The notes under the pieces: generated by a model | Database searches by the model: none | What the model saw: only the letters and a program-made list of their open reading frames with translations | Told to the model about the DNA's origin: nothing | Assembly (NCBI GenBank): GCA_019058245.1 | Contig: JAHPZJ010000024.1 | Coordinates: 30,036 to 94,035, forward strand | Reading direction: 5' to 3' | Origin: Promethearchaeota archaeon | GTDB lineage: Archaea > Asgardarchaeota > Lokiarchaeia > Sigyniarchaeales > SOKP01 | Length of the DNA stretch: 64,000 bases | Position numbers and translations under genes: made by a program | Shown: piece by piece, positions 20,952 to 30,476 of the stretch | Position numbering within the stretch: position 1 is the first letter of the stretch | Layout of the letters: each line of letters starts with the position of its first letter

Positions 20952-22037
20952 ATGGAAAGAATAATTTTAACACATTGGTCCACCTCAACAGGTCCAGAGC
21001 CTATATTGCAGTTTCCTCCTGAGAAATCTTTCCCTCCAAAAGATCTCTTCTTAAAGATATGGGCAAAACATGAACTAAACAAAGAAAACTCCGTAATTGA
21101 ATTCACTCCCGAGGATAATGATAATAGTTATGTATCTGTTATACAGCAATTTGAAGGAGAAGTTTACTTCCTTATTTTGGAGTATAATAAAGAAGATATC
21201 CATGATGATATTGTTAAAGAATCCCCAGAAATTTTAGCTCTTATAAGTAAAAATTTAGTTGAGTTGATCAATACAAATAAGATCACTCGAACAATATCAG
21301 AAGCTTATAATACTATAAGAAATTATTCTAAATTAGATGAAGAGGAAAATTTGATAAATTTTTTTCAAGATAGAATCAAATATACAATATTACAGATACT
21401 TCGGAATGGGGCAATAACTAAATTAGAACTTACCAATATTTTAAGGCATGATTACGGATTTTCTACTATAAATATTGATTTAATATTAATTTCATTTTTT
21501 CATGAAAATTTATTAAAAAAAAAAAGTGTTCCTGGAAGTAAAGAATGTTTTTTTCTGATAAGAGATCTTTCCTGTACTAGAATCCCTCCTATTAATTTGC
21601 CTAAAAATCAAATTAAAGAAAGTTTGTTAAAAAAACTTAAAAACTCTTTAACAAATTATTACCAAGATTCCAATATGATTTCAGATTTTGAAAACAAAAC
21701 GTTGCTTCAAACGGTTCTCTTTAATAAAGAGGTATTTTCTTTAATTAAAACTCTAAGAGATCAATATCTAACCGTAAATGAAAGTTTAATTGTGTTAAAT
21801 AATAATGAAGAACTTTTCAATGAGCTTATTGACAAGAAATTTATTTATGAAGCAGAGGGTTTTGTTTTTCTTTTTTCAGACGTTCGGTTTATTAAATTTA
21901 GTCCAAATTATATCATAGAGAAGTTAGTAGAAAGATATCAAAATCAAGATATATCTTTAAATGAATATATAGCACATTTGAAGCTATTAACAGAACAATT
22001 TGAGGACCCTTTAGTACTAGATTATGAAATTGTCTAA
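20952..22037 (+). CDS. Longin/uDENN-like N-terminal domain plus winged-helix domains (NPRL2-like architecture)
   Basis: Starts MERIILTHWSTSTGPEPILQFPPE; later wHTH-like YTILQILRNGAITKLEL and FSLIKTLRDQYLTV. Confidence 0.65.
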   Translation: MERIILTHWSTSTGPEPILQFPPEKSFPPKDLFLKIWAKHELNKENSVIEFTPEDNDNSYVSVIQQFEGEVYFLILEYNKEDIHDDIVKESPEILALISKNLVELINTNKITRTISEAYNTIRNYSKLDEEENLINFFQDRIKYTILQILRNGAITKLELTNILRHDYGFSTINIDLILISFFHENLLKKKSVPGSKECFFLIRDLSCTRIPPINLPKNQIKESLLKKLKNSLTNYYQDSNMISDFENKTLLQTVLFNKEVFSLIKTLRDQYLTVNESLIVLNNNEELFNELIDKKFIYEAEGFVFLFSDVRFIKFSPNYIIEKLVERYQNQDISLNEYIAHLKLLTEQFEDPLVLDYEIV

Positions 22038-22067
22038 TAAATAATTTTCTAATACCTTTTATATATT

Positions 22068-22760
22068 TTAATGAATCAAAATCGAGGATTTTGAGGATTT
22101 TTCACTTTTAGGAGCTCTCCCATCTCCATATAAATGATATAATCCAGCTCTTCGAGCAGTTTCATAAAAACTACGATATATATTTTTCTCTTTATTAAAC
22201 AAAGCACAAGTCTTATAAATTAAAGGATTCCATATATATAATTCGTGTCCAGGATCATACCATAGTCTTTCCTGTTTTAAAATCTGAATGAAATCTTTAT
22301 CATCGATTATTTCCCTAAGATCTTGTTTATTAAGCATGAGTATTAACGGAATTTCTTGTATTAATCTGTTGTTCGTTAAATTTTTTAATTCTAATAAGAA
22401 TTCTATATTATCCTCAAAGAATTTTGTTTGAGAATCAATAACAAAAATTACAGAATCAGTTTCAGCATCAAGTTTATTAAAAACCTTAAATCTTAAAGAA
22501 TGTAAATTTCTTTGCCCTGCTACTGTATATACTCTATAATATACTTTTTTCGTTTTTGTTGATTGAAAAATTCCTCTATCAAAATAAAGCGTAGCACCAC
22601 TAGTTCTATCTATTTTTTGCAGATCGCTAACAGGAATTATTTCTCTATTACCATCCTTAGTTAACTTATAGAGAGTCTCCAATATTGTAGTTTTTCCACA
22701 TCCCGCCATCCCATAATAAACAATTTTAAGAAAGATGTTGCCATCAATTATTTGAACCAT
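22068..22760 (-). CDS. MglA/Arf-like small GTPase
   Basis: KIVYYGMAGCGKTT, TLYFD, TVAGQ, NKQD, TCA; likely start 22760. Confidence 0.88.
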   Translation of the reverse strand: MVQIIDGNIFLKIVYYGMAGCGKTTILETLYKLTKDGNREIIPVSDLQKIDRTSGATLYFDRGIFQSTKTKKVYYRVYTVAGQRNLHSLRFKVFNKLDAETDSVIFVIDSQTKFFEDNIEFLLELKNLTNNRLIQEIPLILMLNKQDLREIIDDKDFIQILKQERLWYDPGHELYIWNPLIYKTCALFNKEKNIYRSFYETARRAGLYHLYGDGRAPKSEKSSKSSILIH

Positions 22761-22938
22761 TAAAATCTTTGTCTTTAGAAACAATATATTTATTTAAGAT
22801 ATTATATGGAAATTTATAGATTTAAAGATATTGTCTAGTTTATATTAATTTTAGAAATCCAATAATTTTTTTACAATGAATAATGATTCTCCCATAGAAA
22901 AAGGACTTATGAAATTAAAAGCTGTAAAATAAGAAATC

Positions 22939-23454
22939 ATGGATAAATATACTGATGCAGACTGGAATTGGGATTTTTTTAAGGAGCTTGTAGATGATGT
23001 AGATGAAAATAAAAATATTATTGCCTGTATCAGCTGTGGAAAATGTGTAGGAGATTGTCCAGCATCTAAGATATCTAATTTTAATATCCGGAAAATTATT
23101 CAAAAGATCCTTAGAGGAGATAGGAGTGTTTTAAAAGACTCTGATATATGGTTCTGTTTTCTTTGTGAGCGCTGCAAGCGTGTGTGTCCCAAAGAAAATA
23201 TTAATATACCACTACTCATTTTAAATTTACGGAATGAATCATTTAAGAAAGGTTATGGCCCTAAATATAATGACCTTACTAAATATGTAGAAATGTCGGA
23301 AAGGTTTCTAACAAATGGAACTGTTTTGGACAATCCTTTAGGTAAAGAACTTCCGCAAGATCGAGTTGATGAGTTAAATGAAATTTGTAATTTTGCACGT
23401 ATTAAATATGTCTTTAAGGCAAGTAAAAACAAAAAACAAAAAAAGAAAAAATAA
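22939..23454 (+). CDS. hdrC: Heterodisulfide reductase subunit C-like
   Basis: CISCGKCVGDCP and WFCFLCERCKRVCP. Confidence 0.88.
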   Translation: MDKYTDADWNWDFFKELVDDVDENKNIIACISCGKCVGDCPASKISNFNIRKIIQKILRGDRSVLKDSDIWFCFLCERCKRVCPKENINIPLLILNLRNESFKKGYGPKYNDLTKYVEMSERFLTNGTVLDNPLGKELPQDRVDELNEICNFARIKYVFKASKNKKQKKKK

Positions 23455-23486
23455 ATAACTAAAAATTTAAGATTAAAAAAAAAATA

Positions 23487-24500
23487 ATGGAATCTCAAAA
23501 TTTAGTATTAGATCTTGAAAAAATTGAGAAAGCTTATCCAGAAAATCCTATAGAATTCTTTAAAGGAAAAAAATTATGTCTTTTTAAAGCGTGTCTTGAA
23601 GCCTATTTCCCAGGCGTAAGGTGGGGTATCCAAGATTTATTAGAAGCGTTAGATATTGAAGTTGTCACATGTTCTCAGCAATCATGTTGTAGTGGAACAT
23701 TTTTCCAGCGGAATTTAATCACAAGATCACAGTTTTCAGCAATAAATGAAAGAAATCTAAATGAGATGAATCATCAGGCAGATATTGTCTTGTTTAGTTG
23801 TAATGGATGCTACAATTCGGTGTTAAGAGGTCGAGATTTTCTAAAAGTCCCAGAAGTTAAAAAAAAGACTCAAGATATTTTAGAGAGCCTTAAAAAGAAA
23901 GATTTAGGCGAGAATTATCCGGGAAAATATGATATTTTAGATAATACAGAATTAAGACTTGTGCATGATTTGGATTTTTTATATTTATTAAAAAGTAATG
24001 TTCTTGATTCCCTAAAGTTTGATTTAAAAGGTCTTAAAGTGGCAGTACATTATGGATGCCATTATTTAAATTTGGAAAGAGATAAAGATACTGTTGAAAG
24101 CTATTTAAAAGATAAAAAAAAATTAGATGAATTTGTATCTTTATTTGGTGGTGTTCCTGTTGATTACCAAGAAAAAGAATCATGTTGTGGATGGGGGGCA
24201 TCTCAGATAGTCTTAAATCCTAAAGATGCATTAAAAGTTACTTTTAATAAATTAAAGAGTGCTGAAGATGTTGGTGCTGATTTTATATTAATGCCCTGCC
24301 CAACTTGTTTATATACTCTAAGTAAACCCGAATACCGAGAAAAAATGTTTAAGTGGTTTGGAGAAATGTTAGATATTCCCACTATCCATCTAAATGAATT
24401 AATAGCGATATTACGTGGATGTGAAGAAGAACGCTGTATTACACTTAGACGAAAAACTCCACGTCTTGAAGAAATTTTTAATATTATTACAAAAGAGTGA
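23487..24500 (+). CDS. hdrB: Heterodisulfide reductase subunit B-like
   Basis: Two CCG domains: SCCSG/CNGC and HYGCH/SCCG/CPTC. Confidence 0.88.
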   Translation: MESQNLVLDLEKIEKAYPENPIEFFKGKKLCLFKACLEAYFPGVRWGIQDLLEALDIEVVTCSQQSCCSGTFFQRNLITRSQFSAINERNLNEMNHQADIVLFSCNGCYNSVLRGRDFLKVPEVKKKTQDILESLKKKDLGENYPGKYDILDNTELRLVHDLDFLYLLKSNVLDSLKFDLKGLKVAVHYGCHYLNLERDKDTVESYLKDKKKLDEFVSLFGGVPVDYQEKESCCGWGASQIVLNPKDALKVTFNKLKSAEDVGADFILMPCPTCLYTLSKPEYREKMFKWFGEMLDIPTIHLNELIAILRGCEEERCITLRRKTPRLEEIFNIITKE

Positions 24501-24677
24501 TCTGTAAGAAAAAAGGCTTTTTTTAAATAGCAATGCAAAATAAAAGATTATTTATTAGTTTTACTCAGTAAATCTTATTTAAACTTTTGCTGACCTGATA
24601 ATTTAAAATAAATTTCTTTTTTTAAATTAATAATATTAAAAAGAATATTATTAAATTCATTAAAATTCTTAGATTTA

Positions 24678-25823
24678 ATGAAAAAGAAATTAGATACCCA
24701 CTTTGCCCCTGCAGAACGGAAGAGTTTAGAAGAAATTAGGGAAGAAGTAAAAGAATTTTTTAAATCTTATTTTGAGGAAGTTCTTAATTCAATTCCAAAT
24801 ATGGCGCTTATAGTTAATAAAGAGCGCCAAGTAGTTTTTTTAAACCAGACTGTTATTGAACTATTAGGTCTTAAAAATATAGAAGATGTCATGGGTTCGA
24901 GACCAGGAGAAATATTAAAGTGCATTCATTCACAAGATTATATTCATGGTTGTGGTACTAGTCAAAATTGTCGTTATTGTGGTGCTGTTAATGCGGTAAT
25001 TGAGAGCTTGAAAACCAATAAAAAAGCATCATGCGAAACACGTATTACATCTAATTTTGATGGAAATATAATTTCATTTGATCTGAATATAACAGCACAA
25101 CCATTCAATTTAAAGGGAAAAAAATTTGTTATTGTTTTTCTATCGGATATTAGCAATCAGAAACGTCGAGAATTATTAGAGACAACATTTTTACATGATT
25201 TACTAAATTTATTAACAGTTATAAAAGGCTTTATGGACATTTTTCCACTTGAAGGCTTAAATTCAACACAAAAAGATTATTTAAGTAGAATAAAGAATTC
25301 TCAGCAAATTTTAGTTGAAGAATTCATAGCTCAAAGGGATCTTATAGCCGCCGAAAAGAATGAACTTGTTATTCATTTCAATAATTATAATTCCTAAGAA
25401 ATTATAAATTCAAGTCTAGACCTCATAAAATGTCAGAACATAGCTAAAGGAAAAGAAGTTAAACTTGATAATAATTCTGCATCAGTCACGATCCAAACAG
25501 ATTTTAGATTATTATCTCGTGTATTGTTAAATCTTCTCAAAAATGCATTAGAGGCTAGTACTACTGGAGAAACTATAGACATTGGGTGCTCTCTCTCAAA
25601 TCAAACTATAGTTTTTTGGGTCAAAAATTCGGGTGCTATGACAGAAAGTGTAAAGAGTCAACTCTTTCAGAGATCTTTTTCAACAAAAGGATCCGGAAGA
25701 GGAGTAGGTACATATAGTGTGAAATTACTTACAGAGCGATATTTAGGGGGAAAAGTCGATTTTCAATCCTCAATACAAGAAGGGACTATTTTTTATATAT
25801 ACCTCCCATTAAAAAAAAAATAA
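24678..25823 (+). pseudogene. PAS-domain sensor histidine kinase interrupted by one in-frame TAA (25395-25397)
   Basis: ORFs 24678-25397 (PAS, H-box FLHDLLN) and 25524-25823 (NLLKNALEA, FSTKG, GVGTY) share a frame and the sequence between them is open. Confidence 0.85.
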
Positions 25824-25868
25824 CTTTATAGAGATATTCCTCTATTGTTTAATTTATATTTAAAGATT

Positions 25869-26264
25869 TTACATTTCTTCTATTGCATATCTAGGACAGG
25901 AATCTAGACATAATAAACATCCGATACATCGCTCATAATAAAATTTTAATCTTTTTTCACTGTCAAAATTCAAAGCATCAGTAGGACATAATGAAATACA
26001 GGCACCGCAATCAATACACTTCTCCGTATCAATAATTATTCTACCTTTTTTATTTACAATAATATTATTTTTCTTCAATGATTCTGTTATAGATTTTATT
26101 TTATCATCTGGAATATCAATTAAAAGATTAATTCCACTAGTACCAGTGGAAAACTTAAGAATATTTAGAGTAATATCAAATTTTAAAATTTCATTTATAA
26201 ATCTAGAATAATCACTAATATCTTTTATTACACCAAAAGGTAGGGTAATGTTCATTACAGTCAT
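25869..26264 (-). CDS. NIL domain plus 2x[4Fe-4S] ferredoxin (MA1822-type partner)
   Basis: CIDCGACISLCP and CIGCLLCLDSCP; directly downstream of the DUF39 gene. Confidence 0.88.
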   Translation of the reverse strand: MTVMNITLPFGVIKDISDYSRFINEILKFDITLNILKFSTGTSGINLLIDIPDDKIKSITESLKKNNIIVNKKGRIIIDTEKCIDCGACISLCPTDALNFDSEKRLKFYYERCIGCLLCLDSCPRYAIEEM

Positions 26265-26269
26265 TTTTT

Positions 26270-27742
26270 TTAGATCAACTCCTCTGAAGTTATGATACCT
26301 ACTACTTTTTTATTTTCATCAATAACAGGCAACGCGGAGATATAATTTTGCTTCATTCTTCTTGCTGCGACATCAATTGGGTCATTATCAGATGTAGTAA
26401 TTACCTTTTTTGTTATGATTTCCTTAATATCCGTTTTTTCTTCAGCAATAGCTTTTGTGATATCAAAACTCGTGACTATTCCTTTAAGGGTATTTTCTCT
26501 GTCTGTAATAACGATGTGATTCATATTATGGTTGATTATTCTTTTTGCGATTGTTTTTAATTCACAATCATCATAACAGATTATTGCCTTTCGTTTTAAA
26601 TCTTTTACAAATTTTATTTCCAAGATTTGCTTCATTGGTTTAAAAATGGTATCAGTAGGCAATGTTTCTGCTGGTTGATTTAAAAAGAATTTTCCTTCTT
26701 GAATCCATTTTTTAAGGGTTTCAGCGATTTTTCTAGCATAATATTGTGAGGACATTGATGAGCATTTTACTTTTTTGCCATTCAATTCAATATATTCATT
26801 TCTCAATTCTTCATAGGTAATTTGTCTGAGTTTTGGTCTATCTCTTCTCGGTATACCATAATCCACGATATCAGTTAAGAGTTCAGAATCACTAATAGCT
26901 GTTTTTTTAGCTAATCCTTCATTTAAAATCGGGATTGGTATTCCAAGACCTACAAATAAAGATGTACCATACTTCTCAAAAGATACTCCTCTTAAATATT
27001 CGGAGTTCATTTGTTTCAAATCACCCTTAACAAATAGAGTTCCAAATTGGTTTGTAGGGCTATGTTGTGTACCTTCTCCAATAATATACCCACTTCCACC
27101 GCCTAAGAATATCTTCGTTCCAATTCCTATTGTTTCGTAGTCAGGATCATTGCTTAATGGACTTAAACACCCAGCTCCCGCATAATGAGCATTTCCATAA
27201 TGAGGTAACAACTTCCCCATGTAAGTATATAAAGACCTATCAGAACTATTTACAGCACATACATACCTCTGATATGCATTTCTGGGATTTAGTAAGATCG
27301 CTTGGTTTATTTCATCCAATGTAAATTCAGTATCTATTTCTGCTAAAGGATAACAATCTGTAGTATAGGAATTTCCTCGTAACCTTATAGATTTTCCAGA
27401 AACAAGATCTTCAATTACGTGACCTCCACCATATTCAAACCGTCTTACATCTGACATTCTAGTACAACCGATATAACAATCTACCGCAGCATTTCCATGA
27501 TATGCTTTAACATCATTTAGCCATAAATGTTCAAATTTAATGGGAGGATCTGAATGTCCAAAATTTAAAAAAGCGCCACTAGAACACATAGGTCCAAAAG
27601 TACCGGTAGTAACTACATCGATATCTTCAGCAGCTACCTTAATTCCATCTTCTTCTACTATTTTTATCATCTCTTCAGCTGTAACAACAACAACTTCACC
27701 ACTTTTTATTTTTTGATTAATTTCATTATAAGTTTTTGTCAA
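26270..27742 (-). CDS. Homocysteine biosynthesis protein (aspartate-semialdehyde sulfurtransferase, DUF39/MA1821-type) with CBS pair
   Basis: DVVTTGTFGPMCSSG, GGGHVIEDL, NPRNAYQ, GEGTQH; C-terminal CBS domains. Confidence 0.92.
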   Translation of the reverse strand: MTKTYNEINQKIKSGEVVVVTAEEMIKIVEEDGIKVAAEDIDVVTTGTFGPMCSSGAFLNFGHSDPPIKFEHLWLNDVKAYHGNAAVDCYIGCTRMSDVRRFEYGGGHVIEDLVSGKSIRLRGNSYTTDCYPLAEIDTEFTLDEINQAILLNPRNAYQRYVCAVNSSDRSLYTYMGKLLPHYGNAHYAGAGCLSPLSNDPDYETIGIGTKIFLGGGSGYIIGEGTQHSPTNQFGTLFVKGDLKQMNSEYLRGVSFEKYGTSLFVGLGIPIPILNEGLAKKTAISDSELLTDIVDYGIPRRDRPKLRQITYEELRNEYIELNGKKVKCSSMSSQYYARKIAETLKKWIQEGKFFLNQPAETLPTDTIFKPMKQILEIKFVKDLKRKAIICYDDCELKTIAKRIINHNMNHIVITDRENTLKGIVTSFDITKAIAEEKTDIKEIITKKVITTSDNDPIDVAARRMKQNYISALPVIDENKKVVGIITSEELI

Positions 27743-27805
27743 ATAATCACCAGAATTTTTCTATTATCATATTATTGATTTTTATTTTTATGAGAAGAAT
27801 AATAT

Positions 27806-27862
27806 TATGCATCTTAATAAATAGAGAGTATAATAATATTCCCTAGATGCATAAACTATGCA
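27806..27862. promoter_or_regulatory. Cluster of TATGCA half-sites forming inverted repeats; candidate operator
   Basis: TATGCATCT (27806-14) and AGATGCATA (27845-53); TGCATA-AAC-TATGCA (27848-62); lies between divergent genes. Confidence 0.4.
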
Positions 27863-27967
27863 CGAGATGACTATTTGTTTCTATAATAAAGAAAAAATAA
27901 TTGTGAAGAATTATTTATATTCTTATTAAATTTTCCATATTTACATCGTAGATAAAATGAGTTTACT

Positions 27968-28885
27968 ATGACAAAAGAAAATGTTAATAATATCTCTTCG
28001 AAACGGAAGATAATTGCTATATTCTTATTGATTCTTACTACTGTACTTTGGGGAACTTCATTTATTATTACAAAAAATATAACAGAAGATGTCCCGATTT
28101 TTCTCTATCTAGGTATTAGATTTCTAATTGGATTTATTGGATTCATTCCTTTCTTTCCACGTTTAAAAAATCTTAATAAAAAAATTATTCTAATGGGATC
28201 TATCACAGGATTATTATATTTTTTTGGAATGGTTTTTCAAACTTATGGACTTCAATCAACTACTGCAGGTAAAACAGGTTTTATCACAGGTTTAAGTACC
28301 GTGATTGTTCCTTTTATCACATGGATCGGATTTAAAAAACCAATTAGAATAAGAGTATGGTTTGCAGTTATACTTTCAATCATTGGAATGGCCTTTTTAT
28401 TATTAGAAGGTGCCTCTAAATTTATTATTGGAGATCTTTTAGTATTAGTGTGTGCAATTATTTTTGCTTTTTATATCGTGCTAAATGATAAATATGTTAA
28501 TCTCAGTGATGTTTATCTTTATTCAATTGTCCAGGTTTTAATAATTTTCATATCCAGTTTTATTTGTTCTCTATCCCTCCAAGAATCTTATAATTTAGCA
28601 TCTGCTCACCCCTCATTTTGGTTTGTTATGCTTTATATGGGTATTGCTGTTATGACACTTACAATTCTCTTTCAAAATTGGAGTCAGCAATATCAAGGAC
28701 CAACGACAACTGCAATCATTTTCACGCTTGAACCTGTATTTGCAGCTTTATTTGGATATATAATAGGAAATGAGATGTTATCAACATTCGGTTGGATAGG
28801 TTGTATACTAATTTTTATAGCAATTCTTATTACAGTTATTAAAAATAAAAATAGTAATTATAAAAACAATAAATTCACCCTTTAA
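27968..28885 (+). CDS. EamA/DMT family transporter
   Basis: LWGTSF, about 10 TM segments, TLEPVFA. Confidence 0.9.
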   Translation: MTKENVNNISSKRKIIAIFLLILTTVLWGTSFIITKNITEDVPIFLYLGIRFLIGFIGFIPFFPRLKNLNKKIILMGSITGLLYFFGMVFQTYGLQSTTAGKTGFITGLSTVIVPFITWIGFKKPIRIRVWFAVILSIIGMAFLLLEGASKFIIGDLLVLVCAIIFAFYIVLNDKYVNLSDVYLYSIVQVLIIFISSFICSLSLQESYNLASAHPSFWFVMLYMGIAVMTLTILFQNWSQQYQGPTTTAIIFTLEPVFAALFGYIIGNEMLSTFGWIGCILIFIAILITVIKNKNSNYKNNKFTL

Positions 28886-29103
28886 TAGACTCTGGACTTT
28901 TTAATTTCGTATCTTCTTTCATTTTGATATATTGAATTATTAGTACGTGAGGAAATCCAAAAGAATTTACTTAACGATTTATTTAAATAAATATATCTTT
29001 ATATAATAAATAAGGGTCGGTTTATCGGTAAATTAATATAATGTCGGTATTATTTACTGATCAGACTTTTTGATAGAAAACCTAAATATTCGTGATATCT
29101 CCT

Positions 29104-29262
29104 ATGACCGCACCTAAATTAAAAGCAAAAGATTTATCTATATGTACAAAGTGCGGTAATGTAATGGTAAATAGAGTAATACGGACTACCAATTCGGATG
29201 AAGTAGTATTCCAAAAAGTATTACAATGCATCGTTTGTAGATATTGGATCGCTCAAGATTAA
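29104..29262 (+). CDS. 52-aa zinc-ribbon protein (not in the ORF track)
   Basis: MTAPKLKAKDLSICTKCGNVMVNRVIRTTNSDEVVFQKVLQCIVCRYWIAQD; CxxC...CxxC; GTGA SD-like element upstream. Confidence 0.75.
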   Translation: MTAPKLKAKDLSICTKCGNVMVNRVIRTTNSDEVVFQKVLQCIVCRYWIAQD

Positions 29263-29427
29263 CTTCTTTAGCAGATCTTTTAAAAATTCTTAAATTAATT
29301 GGAATCTAATAATCTATAATTTGGATTAATAATATTGTTCAAAATACATAGTCATTATTCCGTATCATTGACACATAATAAAATATAATAGGATAATTTT
29401 TATATTAATAAAACTAATATTTAGTAA

Positions 29428-29580
29428 GTAAGGGAATCTATCAGACAATTTGCGTAAACATTGGATAGATTATCTCATGTCGGGAGATCGCCAAAATTCG
29501 CCCTCTATTAAACTCGAATGAGTTTAATTCTCTCCCTAATTTTAAAAAATTGGCGCAAATTTCTTTTCCCTTACCTTTTC
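29428..29580 (+). ncRNA. Putative structured non-coding RNA of unknown family
   Basis: Terminal stem GTAAGGG(AA)/(TT)CCCTTAC plus four more perfect 6-9 bp pairings; TATA-like TTTTATAT about 25 nt upstream; U-rich tract at the 3' end. Confidence 0.6.
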
Positions 29581-29657
29581 TTAAATATATCAGAAAAAAA
29601 AACTAATTTTTAGAGTTTTCTCTCTCTAAGAAATAATTTTTGAGAAGCGGATTAATT

Positions 29658-30464
29658 TCATTTTAAAAGTTCTCTAATAGTTATTTTTAATCCATCTTCA
29701 GCAGCAATAACATTTTTTATATTAGTATTATCTTGAAGTTTTTTTACTTGGCTAGGGACATAATTTTTTGTCGATCGAGGGCTATCCATATAGGATCCAA
29801 AGTGATTAATGATAAGAGTATCAAGAGGAGGGTCAATATTATTTAAATATGGGATAACTTCATCAGTACATAAATGTCTTTTACAGACAATTGAGTCTGG
29901 TCGTAAAAGATTAAGGACTAATACATTTACTCCTGAAAACTCTTCCGAAAATCCATCATATACCATTGTATCACTTGAAAATGCTAACGTATAATTTTTA
30001 AGCTTAAATATCACTCCAAAGCCTTCAGTTGTAGGAGAATGAACAACCTTAGTTGCTTTAATTTCCACTCCATTATAAGTAAATATATCTCCTTGTTTGA
30101 ATCTAATAATTTCTTCAAGCATGTTAAGATGATAATCAGAAATATATTGCAGCATTTCATTTGTGGTAATTAGAGTGCCTTTCTTATAGTAATTATATTT
30201 TTTATCATGCAACATTTCTCTTGAACTTTCTATTATAGCACTTAAATCGTTATAATGATCAACATGGGCATGAGTAACTATGAAAAGTTCAGTTTTAGTA
30301 GGATCCTCTTGATATTGATTTATTCTTACTATAGCTCCGGGTCCAGGATCTATATGAGACTGAATCTTATTGAATTTATATAAAATTCCTCCAGTGGCTC
30401 TATATTGGGTCCTAATATGATGTCGACCACCTCCAGAACCAAGAAAAACTAACTCATCATTCAT
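29658..30464 (-). CDS. MBL-fold metallo-hydrolase (conserved archaeal type)
   Basis: FLGSGGGR, IDPGPGA, THAHVDH, SSDT, NHFG. Confidence 0.88.
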   Translation of the reverse strand: MNDELVFLGSGGGRHHIRTQYRATGGILYKFNKIQSHIDPGPGAIVRINQYQEDPTKTELFIVTHAHVDHYNDLSAIIESSREMLHDKKYNYYKKGTLITTNEMLQYISDYHLNMLEEIIRFKQGDIFTYNGVEIKATKVVHSPTTEGFGVIFKLKNYTLAFSSDTMVYDGFSEEFSGVNVLVLNLLRPDSIVCKRHLCTDEVIPYLNNIDPPLDTLIINHFGSYMDSPRSTKNYVPSQVKKLQDNTNIKNVIAAEDGLKITIRELLK

Positions 30465-30476
30465 GATATAAAATAT

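Noticed and set aside
25380-25415. Second BHB intron or Sec/Pyl recoding at the histidine-kinase stop
   Set aside because: The hairpin gives no 3-4-3 bulge-helix-bulge, the frame continues without any apparent inserted length, and TAA is not a Sec or Pyl codon.
26132-26154. ORB-like sequence (TTCCACT...CCAGTGGAAA)
   Set aside because: Single site inside the NIL-ferredoxin coding region, more than 30 kb from cdc6.
29428-29580. Cobalamin, TPP or fluoride riboswitch, RNase P, SRP or hammerhead identity for the structured element
   Set aside because: Only fragments match (e.g. AGGGAATC); the core consensus motifs are missing and no downstream gene is co-oriented.
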